Source of the DNA: Rhizobium sp.
GTDB lineage: Bacteria > Pseudomonadota > Alphaproteobacteria > Rhizobiales > Rhizobiaceae
Reading direction: 5' to 3'
DNA length: 50,976 bases
NCBI GenBank assembly: GCA_035299345.1
Contig: DATGWU010000184.1
Location: 1-50,976, forward strand
Numbering within the stretch: the first letter of the stretch is position 1; the number at the start of each line of letters is the position of its first letter. Below are positions 40,916 to 50,976 of this stretch, piece by piece. Below the pieces are notes generated by a model that did no database searches, was not told the origin of the DNA, and saw only the letters and a program-made list of their open reading frames with translations. The position numbers and the translations under genes are program-made.

Positions 40916-41536
40916 CTATCCCTCGGCCGCTTCTCGCAGCGCTGTGGAACTGAGAGAAGAGCGTGGCCCATGAATGAACGTCCAGGCTGGCGGCAATTTC
41001 TTCCAGAGCACCGCGGCGTCGTCCTCGTCGATGCGCGCACGCGAAAAAGTCCGGGCCATCTTCGAGGAGAGATAGGAAAGGGTCGCTCCCGGCCGGTCGA
41101 TCACGGCGATCGGGAAAGTCGTTGCGATTCGGCGCCAGTGCTGCCAGCGGTGAAAGCTTTTCAGATTGTCCGCGCCCATGATCCAGACAAAGTTCACTTG
41201 CGGATTGCGGCGCTTTACAAAACTCAACGTTTCCGCCGTGTAGGACGTCCCGAGTGTCTGCTCGAACGCGGTAACCTTGATGCGGGGATCCCGTACTAAT
41301 GCCTCGCAGAGTTCCAGCCGGTGGCTCAACGGGGGGAGTGCACTGCGGCTCTTCAGGGGATTGCCGGGAGTGACAATCCACCACAATTGGTCGAGACCGA
41401 GGCGCCGAAGCGCGATTTCCGCCACCAACAGATGACCGTCATGCGGGGGATTGAACGATCCGCCGAACAGTCCGACGACCATGCCGCGCTCCACGTGTGG
41501 CATGAACCGGTAGTGATGGGCGATCGCCTCTTGCAC
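40916..41536 (-). CDS. nadD: Nicotinate-nucleotide adenylyltransferase
   Basis: FGGSFNPPHDGH, WIMGADN and SSTALR motifs. Confidence 0.95.
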   Translation of the reverse strand: MQEAIAHHYRFMPHVERGMVVGLFGGSFNPPHDGHLLVAEIALRRLGLDQLWWIVTPGNPLKSRSALPPLSHRLELCEALVRDPRIKVTAFEQTLGTSYTAETLSFVKRRNPQVNFVWIMGADNLKSFHRWQHWRRIATTFPIAVIDRPGATLSYLSSKMARTFSRARIDEDDAAVLWKKLPPAWTFIHGPRSSLSSTALREAAEG

Positions 41537-41537
41537 G

Positions 41538-42813
41538 TCAGGGCCTGACCTGTCCGGTGCCGCGAACCCGGTACTTGAATGATGTCAGCTGTTCCACACC
41601 GACGGGACCTCGAGCGTGCATCTTTCCGGTGGCAATCCCGATTTCCGCTCCCATTCCGAACTCGCCGCCGTCGGCAAACTGCGTGGATGCGTTATGCAGG
41701 AGGATCGCGGAATCAACTTCGTTGAAGAACCGCTCAACTGTCTGCGGATCTTCGGCGACAATGGCCTCCGTGTGATTGGATGAATACCGGGCGATATGCT
41801 CTATCGCACCAGACACACCGTCCACGAGTGTGACCGCGATCACGGCGTCGAGATATTCCGTCCGCCAATCCTCTTCCGTAGCCTGCGTTGCAGCCGGAAA
41901 TATAGCTCGCACCTCCGGTGAGGCGCGAAGCTCGCAGCCGGCCTGTGTCAGCGTTTCCAGAATCGGAGCGAGGTGCGTGCTGGCGGCGGCACGGTCGACC
42001 AGAAGGGTCTCGGCGGCGCCACAGACACCGGTACGTCGCATCTTCGCGTTGAGCACGATCTTCCTGGCCATTTCGAGATCGGCGGAGCGATCGACATAAA
42101 CATGGCAGAGACCTTCCAGGTGCGCGAATACGGGTACGCGGGCTTCCGACTGGACCCGCGCGACCAGGTTCTTGCCACCCCGTGGTACGATCACGTCGAT
42201 GGAACCTCCGAGGCCGGCGAGCATTGCCCCGACGGCCGCGCGGTCGGTCACCGGCACCAGCTGGATCGCGTCCTCCGGAAGGCCCGCCGATCGGAGGCCC
42301 TTCGCAAGGCAGGCATGGATGGCATGCGAAGAACGGGCTGAGTCAGAGCCTCCCCGGAGGATAACGGCATTGCCGGCCTTGAGGCAGAGCGCTCCGGCAT
42401 CGGCCGTGACGTTCGGGCGGCTTTCATAGATGACGCCGATGACGCCGAGGGGCGTGCGCACGCGCTCGATATGAAGGCCGTTGGGGCGATCCCACGCGGC
42501 AATGACCTCGCCCACGGGATCCTTGAGCGCCGCGACTTCACGTATGCCTTGGGCGATCGCTGCGACCCGGCCGGCATCAAGCGTCAAGCGATCCATGAAG
42601 GAACCTGTCAGGCCCGAAGCCTTGCCATTTTCGACATCGATGGCGTTGGCGGCGAGAATCAACTCCGTGCTGTCGACGATCGCCTGCGCCATGGCGTGCA
42701 GTGCGCGGTTCTTCTGTTCTGTCGTCGCGATTGCGAGCGGCCGGGCTGCCGCTTTGGCGCGAGAACCAATGTCGAGCATCAGTGCTTGAATGTCGTCAGA
42801 AGTGGCAACTGCA

Positions 42814-42821
<8 letters not shown>
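41538..42821 (-). CDS. proA: Gamma-glutamyl phosphate reductase
   Basis: [35 protein letters not shown] and KMHARGPVG motifs. Confidence 0.97.
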
Positions 42822-45128
<2,307 letters not shown>

Positions 45129-45237
45129 TCAAAGAGTATCGCGAACTTCGCGACTTACAACATTCAGTTTGGCATTGTCGTCGGTGTGAAATTCGATCCT
45201 GCTGAAAGGCATGATCGCTTTCTGCTTTGGCTTGATG

Positions 45238-45266
45238 TTGCCGGACGGCACCCGACCGTCCGGCAA
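45238..45266. other. Perfect 11-bp inverted repeat after the GNAT stop
   Basis: TTGCCGGACGG-cacccga-CCGTCCGGCAA with no U-tract. Confidence 0.6.
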
Positions 45267-45284
45267 TGGCCGCTGTCTGCCAGT

Positions 45285-45863
45285 CTACAGGCATGCCGGG
45301 CGGCGGAAACTCGCCGGGACAAGCCTGGTTTCGATATGGGGTGTCATTGCTCCCCGTGCGCGGCTGTAGAGGTCGTCACAGCGCATGATCGAGAAGCCGA
45401 GCTTCTCCTGAATTTTGAGCGATGCCGTGTTGTCCGCGAACGCCCCGGAATGGATGATCGCCTCCGGCATGCGCCGATAGAAGCGATCAATCCCTGCCGC
45501 GACCGCCTCGCTCATGATTCCTCTTCCCCAGAAGTAACGGTTCAGCCAGTAGCCGAGATGCCATCGCCCGTTTCTAAGCTCGATGGCAACCGCCCCGATA
45601 TGGACATCGTCGCCCGTGGTGATGGCGAATGACCAGTCGGGTGTCGCAACGGCTCCGGTGCGGTTCAGCCAGTCGGTGGCGTCTTGCAGGTCGAACGGCA
45701 CGGGGACCCGCGCCAGCATGCGTGCGACCTGAAAATCGCCAAGGGATTCGGCAATCGCGGGGGCATCGCTCATCTTGTGCGGGCGCAGCACCAGCTGCCC
45801 GGTACGAATGATCGGGCAGGGGCCGGGAAGCGAGGACGCGTCTCTGGGGAGCAGCGCGTTCAT
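45285..45863 (-). CDS. GNAT N-acetyltransferase (RimJ/RimL-like)
   Basis: LVLRP, LGYWL..YFWGRGIMSEA and DNTASLKIQEKLGF motifs; ATGA coupling to the upstream GNAT. Confidence 0.9.
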   Translation of the reverse strand: MNALLPRDASSLPGPCPIIRTGQLVLRPHKMSDAPAIAESLGDFQVARMLARVPVPFDLQDATDWLNRTGAVATPDWSFAITTGDDVHIGAVAIELRNGRWHLGYWLNRYFWGRGIMSEAVAAGIDRFYRRMPEAIIHSGAFADNTASLKIQEKLGFSIMRCDDLYSRARGAMTPHIETRLVPASFRRPACL

Positions 45864-46495
45864 CGCATTTCCCCCCAGCTCTTCAGAGACATCCAGGTCT
45901 TCCGATCCAGCCGGTACCACTCGACCGGTACCATGCCGCCGAGCGCAAGGCTGCCGACCATTCCGGATCCCTGGAACTGGAAGCCGCACTTCTGGATCAC
46001 GCGCCGGGATGGGATGTTCGTCACGCGGCAGCGGGCGTCGATGAAACGGATCTCCCGGGTGCGGAATGCCATGTCGATGAGCGCATGTGCTGCTTCGGTC
46101 GCATAGCCCTGGTTCCAATAAGGCTGGCCGAGCCAGTAGCCGATCTCGAGTGTCTCGGGATCGCTTTGATGCGGCTCCAGCCCGCAGCAGCCCAGGAACG
46201 CGCCGTTCTCCGCCTTCGTAATCGCGTAGACGCACTTGCCGATCTCGCCGAGATTGGAGCGTCGCACGAAGTCGGCGGCGTCTTTTGCCGTGTAGGGATG
46301 AGGCATCCGCGACACCATGGTCGCGACGGCGGCGTTGTTGGCGAGATGGGAAAGGGCGTCGATGTCTTCTTCGTGGGGCGCGCGCATGACGAGCCTCTGC
46401 GACAACAGGACAGGGCAATCGCTCCTTAACCGATCCGGCCTCAGCCGGTCCTTGGGCGACCGGTACTGGTCGTCCCTTAACAGCTCACTTTGCAT
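45860..46495 (-). CDS. GNAT N-acetyltransferase (RimJ/RimL-like)
   Basis: RLVMRAP, EIGYWLG..YWNQGYATEAA and N.PSRRVIQKCGF motifs; AAGGAGG RBS. Confidence 0.92.
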   Translation of the reverse strand: MQSELLRDDQYRSPKDRLRPDRLRSDCPVLLSQRLVMRAPHEEDIDALSHLANNAAVATMVSRMPHPYTAKDAADFVRRSNLGEIGKCVYAITKAENGAFLGCCGLEPHQSDPETLEIGYWLGQPYWNQGYATEAAHALIDMAFRTREIRFIDARCRVTNIPSRRVIQKCGFQFQGSGMVGSLALGGMVPVEWYRLDRKTWMSLKSWGEMR

Positions 46496-46525
46496 GGTTC
46501 AGTCCTCCTTCGAGTAAAAAAGCGC

Positions 46526-46564
46526 AAAAGAAAAGGGGAGTTGGGTGGCGCCCCATCTCCCCTT
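46526..46564 (-). terminator. Terminator-like hairpin after rpmA
   Basis: AAGGGGAG...CTCCCCTT stem followed by TTCTTTT on the minus strand. Confidence 0.7.
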
Positions 46565-46634
46565 CTTGGCTTTTCCTGAACCTGTTACGTCCAGCCGGGT
46601 CGATGTGACGCCGGCTGTTTAGAGCGTTACCGGC

Positions 46635-46907
46635 TTATTCCGCTGCTTCTGCCGTTTTCGGCATGACCGACACGTACACGCGGCCATTGGCCTTGGTACG
46701 GTAGGCGACATTACCGGCGGCGAGTGCAAAGAGGGTATGGTCCTTGCCCATGCCGACGTTGGCGCCGGGATGCCACTGCGTGCCGCGCTGACGAACGATA
46801 ATGTTGCCCGGAATGACGACTTCGCCGCCGAACTTCTTCACGCCAAGGCGCTTGGATTCGGAATCGCGACCATTGCGCGAGGAACCGCCAGCTTTTTTGT
46901 GTGCCAT
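46635..46907 (-). CDS. rpmA: 50S ribosomal protein L27
   Basis: [16 protein letters not shown] and [10 protein letters not shown] motifs. Confidence 0.98.
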   Translation of the reverse strand: MAHKKAGGSSRNGRDSESKRLGVKKFGGEVVIPGNIIVRQRGTQWHPGANVGMGKDHTLFALAAGNVAYRTKANGRVYVSVMPKTAEAAE

Positions 46908-46944
46908 TGGACTTCTCCTTTAAACCTTAAGTACCCGTGAACCG

Positions 46945-47259
46945 TTAAGCCGCAACGATGTCCGTGATGCGGACGACCGTGTGGTGCTGGCGATGGCCGC
47001 GCGAACGCTTGGAGTTCTGGCGGCGGCGCTTCTTGAAGGCGATGACCTTCTTGCCGCGGTTATGCTCGACAACTTCCGCCTTGACGCTGGCGCCCTTTAC
47101 GAAGGGAGCGCCGATCTTGGCGTCGGCGCCTTCGCCGATCACGAGGACTTCGGTGAATTCGATCTTGTCGCCAGCGGCGGCTTCCAGCTTTTCGATGGTC
47201 AGCACGTCATTGGCTGCAACGCGGTACTGCTTACCGCCGGTCTTGATGACTGCGAACAT
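46945..47259 (-). CDS. rplU: 50S ribosomal protein L21
   Basis: [12 protein letters not shown] and [17 protein letters not shown] motifs. Confidence 0.98.
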   Translation of the reverse strand: MFAVIKTGGKQYRVAANDVLTIEKLEAAAGDKIEFTEVLVIGEGADAKIGAPFVKGASVKAEVVEHNRGKKVIAFKKRRRQNSKRSRGHRQHHTVVRITDIVAA

Positions 47260-47432
47260 TTTTTGTCCTTTCATGTTCGTTCCGGCTCTGCCCGTGCGGG
47301 ACGGCCGTCTTTTTGCCAGTCGGATGGAGCAGGCCTGTTCGGCTCACGAAGAACCATTCATACCTGCCGGCGAACTCTGTCCAAAGGGCCAGAGAAATCA
47401 AGGCACAGTTAGCCCATGCCTAATTCACCGTC

Positions 47433-47461
47433 CGCATACGTGAGGCGCAAAAAACTGTCAA
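47433..47461 (-). promoter_or_regulatory. sigma70 promoter of rplU-rpmA
   Basis: TTGACA-N17-TATGCG. Confidence 0.6.
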
Positions 47462-47493
47462 GGCAAAAGCTTTGGGCGATTTGATATTCACCC

Positions 47494-47522
47494 TTGTCAG
47501 GCCGGATTTTCGTCGCTATGAG
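47494..47522 (+). promoter_or_regulatory. sigma70 promoter of tRNA-Ser
   Basis: TTGTCA-N17-TATGAG, back-to-back with the rplU promoter. Confidence 0.55.
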
Positions 47523-47558
47523 ACAGCCCGCGCACAAATCGCGCCGACCAATGTGACC

Positions 47559-47648
47559 GGAGAGGTGGCTGAGTGGTCGAAAGCACCGCACTCGAAATGC
47601 GGCATACGGGCAACCGTATCGTGGGTTCGAATCCCACCCTCTCCGCCA
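47559..47648 (+). tRNA. tRNA-Ser (CGA)
   Basis: GGAGAGG/CCTCTCC acceptor stem, CCGCA-CT-CGA-AA-TGCGG anticodon arm, long variable arm ATACGG/CCGTAT, encoded CCA; 90 nt. Confidence 0.97.
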
Positions 47649-47878
47649 TCGGACAAAACAAACCAGTAAGCTGCGTTCTCCGACGCTGTGTTCCGATACT
47701 GGTTGGTTCTTCCAGATCTACCAAGCGCTCCGTTTGGCTCGCCTGACACGTACCTCGTGATCGATGATCTCGCGCGCCGCTACCGCCGCGACAGTGATCA
47801 CGTTGCGTGCGTCTGCGTGACAGTTGCGCTTGCCCATGCCATACGGGTGCCCGCAACCAACCAGGCCTGTTCTCCCCA

Positions 47879-49501
47879 ATGATCCGTATCGACAATATCA
47901 GCAAGTCCAACAGCCACCGCATCCTCTACATCGAAGCTTCGGCGGCGTTGAACCGCGGCGAGAAAATCGGTCTTGTCGGGCCGAACGGGGCGGGGAAGAC
48001 GACGCTCTTTCGGATGATTACCGGCGAGGAACTGCCCGATGAGGGGCAGGTCTCCGTCGAGAAGGGTGTGACGATCGGCTATTTCGACCAGGACGTCGGC
48101 GAGATGACTGGACGGTCGGCCGTCGCCGAGGTGATGGAAGGGGCAGGGCCGGTCAGCGCTGTGGCTTCGGAGCTTCGCCAGCTGGAGGCGGCGATGTCGG
48201 ATCCGGACCGCATGGATGAAATGGATGCGGTCATCGAGCGCTATGGCGAGGTGCAGGCGCGCTATGAGGAACTCGATGGTTATGCGCTGGAGGGGCGCGC
48301 CCGCGAGGTTCTGGCGGGACTGAGCTTCAGCCAGGAGATGATGGATGGCGACGTCGCCAGTCTGTCGGGTGGCTGGAAGATGCGCGTGGCGCTTGCCCGT
48401 ATCCTTTTGATGCGCCCGGACGTCATGCTGCTCGACGAACCCAGCAACCATCTCGATATCGAAAGCCTGATCTGGCTGGAGGAATTCCTGAAAGGCTATG
48501 ACGGCGCGCTGTTGATGACATCCCATGACCGGGAGTTCATGAACCGGATCGTCACCAAGATCATCGAGATCGATGGGGGCACGTTGACGACCTATACCGG
48601 CGATTACGGGTTCTATGAAGAACAGCGGGCGCTGAACGAGAGGCAGCAGCAGGCACAGTTCGAGCGCCAGCAGGCGATGCTGGCCAAGGAGATCAAGTTC
48701 ATCGAGCGTTTCAAGGCCCGTGCCTCTCACGCCTCGCAGGTTCAGAGCCGGGTGAAGAAGCTTGAAAAGATCGACCGCGTCGAACCGCCGCGTCGGCGAC
48801 AGACGGTTGCATTCGAATTCCTGCCGGCGCCACGCTCCGGCGAAGACGTGGTCAATCTCAAGAACGTCCACAAGACCTATGGCAGCCGGACGATCTATGA
48901 CGGTCTCGATTTCATGGTTCGGCGACGCGAACGCTGGTGCATTATGGGCATCAACGGTGCCGGCAAGTCGACGTTGCTCAAGCTGGTCACCGGCACTGCC
49001 GCGCCGGACAAGGGGAACGTCTCGCTCGGCGCAGGCGTCAAGCTCGGCTATTTCGCCCAGCACGCAATGGACCTGCTCGATGGCGACAGCACCATACTGC
49101 AATGGCTGGAGGAACGCTTTCCGAAGGCGGGGCAGGCGCCGCTCCGGGCGCTCGCCGGCTGTTTCGGATTTTCGGGCGATGACATCGAGAAGCGGTGCCG
49201 GGTGCTCTCTGGCGGCGAGAAGGCGCGGCTGGTGATGGCCGCGATGCTGTTCGACCCGCCGAACTTCCTCGTTCTCGACGAGCCGACCAACCACCTCGAT
49301 CTCGATACGAAGGAGATGCTGATCAGGGCGCTCTCGGCTTACGAGGGCACGATGCTGTTCGTCTCCCACGATCGCCGGTTCCTGTCGGCGCTTTCCAATC
49401 GCGTGCTGGAACTCACACCGGACGGCATCCACCAATACGGCGGTGGGTATGTCGAATACGTCGAACGCACCGGACAGGAGGCGCCGGGTCTGCGCGCCTG
49501 A
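47879..49501 (+). CDS. ABC-F family ATPase (second paralog, no C-terminal extension)
   Basis: GPNGAGKT, LSGGW, DEPSNHLD, SHDR; second cassette GINGAGKS, LSGGE, DEPTNHLD; no TM segments. Confidence 0.93.
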   Translation: MIRIDNISKSNSHRILYIEASAALNRGEKIGLVGPNGAGKTTLFRMITGEELPDEGQVSVEKGVTIGYFDQDVGEMTGRSAVAEVMEGAGPVSAVASELRQLEAAMSDPDRMDEMDAVIERYGEVQARYEELDGYALEGRAREVLAGLSFSQEMMDGDVASLSGGWKMRVALARILLMRPDVMLLDEPSNHLDIESLIWLEEFLKGYDGALLMTSHDREFMNRIVTKIIEIDGGTLTTYTGDYGFYEEQRALNERQQQAQFERQQAMLAKEIKFIERFKARASHASQVQSRVKKLEKIDRVEPPRRRQTVAFEFLPAPRSGEDVVNLKNVHKTYGSRTIYDGLDFMVRRRERWCIMGINGAGKSTLLKLVTGTAAPDKGNVSLGAGVKLGYFAQHAMDLLDGDSTILQWLEERFPKAGQAPLRALAGCFGFSGDDIEKRCRVLSGGEKARLVMAAMLFDPPNFLVLDEPTNHLDLDTKEMLIRALSAYEGTMLFVSHDRRFLSALSNRVLELTPDGIHQYGGGYVEYVERTGQEAPGLRA

Positions 49502-49668
49502 CGGGACGCGTCCGGCCGGAGGGTTGTCGTCCGACCTTCCTTCTTCGTGCAACCTCGTGTTGCGCCTCACCGGATCATTCTTTCGCCACATGCGTTCCCC
49601 AACACTGCCCCGCTGCTTCGGGCAGGGACCCAATTGCGGGCATCGAAGCCAACAAAGGAGTAACAGGG

Positions 49669-50202
49669 ATGCAGAAGACACTTGCTGCGGCTCTTGCCGT
49701 ACTGCCGGTTGTGACGAGTGCGGGTTCCGCAGTCTCGGCAGATGCCGTCGCTCGGTCCGAGCCGGCGCCGACCTTTCACGACAGCGGACCGACCGGCGGG
49801 GTCCGGATCGGTTACCTCGACTGCAGCATCGGCGGCGGCGTCGGCTACGTGCTGGGGTCCGCCAAGGATGTGGAATGCGTCTTCACGTCCGCAATCGGGA
49901 GCGAGCCGCTCGACCGCTATGTCGGGGTCGTGCGCAAGATGGGCATCGATGTCGGCTTCACGACGCGCAGCCGGCTGGTCTGGGCAGTGTTTGCCCCCAC
50001 GGCCGGATATCACCTCGGCTCGCTCGGTGGCCTCTACCAGGGAGCCACTGCCGAGGCGACCGTCGGCGCAGGCGTCGGAGCCAACATTCTCGTCGGCGGG
50101 ACGTCCGGGTCGATCCATCTCCAAACGATCAGCATCACCGGGCAGATCGGGCTCAATCTTGCAGCCACCGGCACCTCCGTCACGTTGACGCCAGCCGGGT
50201 GA
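49669..50202 (+). CDS. DUF992 family secreted protein
   Basis: Signal peptide, G.LDC..GGGVGYVLGS.K..EC, LGGLYQGATAEATVGAGVGAN.LVGG and SIHLQ motifs; AAAGGAG RBS. Confidence 0.85.
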   Translation: MQKTLAAALAVLPVVTSAGSAVSADAVARSEPAPTFHDSGPTGGVRIGYLDCSIGGGVGYVLGSAKDVECVFTSAIGSEPLDRYVGVVRKMGIDVGFTTRSRLVWAVFAPTAGYHLGSLGGLYQGATAEATVGAGVGANILVGGTSGSIHLQTISITGQIGLNLAATGTSVTLTPAG

Positions 50203-50369
50203 GCGGCAAGAAGGTGCGCCCGTTCCGCCCGGAACGCACCTTTCCGCCACGGGCGACCGAAGGTTCAGCGAGATTCTCCACCCGCTTGAAGCGGCCTTGT
50301 GGTGCCACGATCCGTCACCTAGCATTCGGGCTACATTCAGCTGTCATTTCATCGGAAAGGTGAGGGGGC

Positions 50370-50976
50370 ATGGTGCTTATCCGACCGGCCCGCGCGGACG
50401 ATCTCGACGCGGTTTGCGGGATCTGTCTCGCCACGGGCGATTCCGGTCGTGACGCATCGGGACTCTATTCGGATCCGCAGTTGATCGGCCATATCTACGC
50501 GGCGCCCTATGTCCTCCTCGAACCACGTCTCGCCTTCGTCGTCGTCGATGAGGAAGGTGTCGGCGGCTATGTCGTTGGCACTGAAGATACTACATCGTGG
50601 GAGAAGCGCCTTGAGCGGGACTGGTGGCCACCTTTGCGGCGGCGATATGCCGATCCCGATGAGACGGATCGTCCGACATGGACGCCGGATCAATGTCTGG
50701 CGCATCTCGTCCATCATCCGAAGTCGGATCCCGCGGCGGTGTGCAAGGACTATCCTGCACATCTGCACATGAACGTACTGCCGAGGCTGCAAGGTCGGGG
50801 CATCGGGTCCGCGCTTCTGGACCGCTGGGCCACCGCGGCGGCTGCATGCGGCGTTCGTGCGGCACATGTCGGCGTCAGTCCAGCCAACGCCAAGGGAGCG
50901 CATTTCTGGAAGCGGGCGGGCTTCGCGGAACTGCAGGTTCCAGGTGAAGGAACTGATGTCTTGTGGCTCGGACGAC
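50370..50976 (+). CDS. GNAT family acetyltransferase, 3' truncated by the window end
   Basis: Not in the ORF track (no stop). Reads MVLIRPARADDLDAVCGICLATGDSGRDA...IGHIYAAPY...YPAHLHMNVLPRLQGRGIG...N....FWKRAGF; GAGGGGG RBS. Confidence 0.85.
   Translation, partial: MVLIRPARADDLDAVCGICLATGDSGRDASGLYSDPQLIGHIYAAPYVLLEPRLAFVVVDEEGVGGYVVGTEDTTSWEKRLERDWWPPLRRRYADPDETDRPTWTPDQCLAHLVHHPKSDPAAVCKDYPAHLHMNVLPRLQGRGIGSALLDRWATAAAACGVRAAHVGVSPANAKGAHFWKRAGFAELQVPGEGTDVLWLGR

Noticed and set aside
45864-46418. Apparent 184-aa N-terminal extension of the second GNAT (377-aa ORF), suggesting a frameshift fusion
   Set aside because: The extension is an off-frame reading of the upstream GNAT. A proper RBS and ATGA coupling at 45863 explain the arrangement, and no slippery site was seen.
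45813-49627. Three plus-strand GGGCAGGG KOPS-like octamers (near 45813, 48141 and 49620)
   Set aside because: Not counted exhaustively by eye; a genome-wide skew analysis is needed before claiming polarity.
47798-49681. 627-aa minus-strand ORF, longer than the sense gene
   Set aside because: Antisense mirror of the ABC-F gene, with no domain features.
50239-50249. CCTTTCCGCCA resembling the tRNA-Ser 3' end (CCTCTCCGCCA) as a relic att site
   Set aside because: A 10/11 match is too short to exceed chance, it is part of a local hairpin (50210-50242), and there is no integrase.

Overview
Mostly core chromosome of a Rhizobiaceae alphaproteobacterium (Rhizobium/Neorhizobium/Pseudorhizobium-like; inferred from gene content and order). 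No prophage, integrase, transposase, CRISPR array or defence island was seen. Order: (lolA start)-ftsK, amtB-glnK (sigma54/NtrC), tesB, UbiH-family hydroxylase, a proX-cnoX-LON domain-Trm112 cluster, tRNA-Gly(GCC), galM, metA behind a SAM-II riboswitch, thiN-uup, a fused YddA/BacA-like ABC transporter, TPP riboswitch-thiBPQ, M48 lipoprotein peptidase, rpoH2, lpxE, leuB/leuD, CitE-like lyase-DUF1737, zincin, LexA-boxed imuA-imuB-dnaE2, bfd-bfr, the long rplU-rpmA-GNAT-GNAT-obgE-proB-proA-nadD-rsfS-rlmH-envC-ctpA-deacetylase-rppH cluster, tRNA-Ser(CGA), a second ABC-F, DUF992 and a GNAT cut by the window end. The strongest candidate for something undescribed is the intact ABC transporter at 15065-16840, whose ATPase domain has lost its Walker A, signature, Walker B, D-loop and H-switch motifs. 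It may be an ATP-independent transporter, intermediate between YddA-type ABC importers and NBD-less SbmA/BacA. Other points of interest are a probable CTG start for rsfS, a coupled tandem GNAT pair inside the ribosome-biogenesis cluster, a 149-bp dual-coding imuA/imuB overlap, an extended SAM-II leader and several readable regulatory sites (CtrA, sigma54, RpoH, EcfG, LexA). All family calls come from motif recognition; no database search was run.
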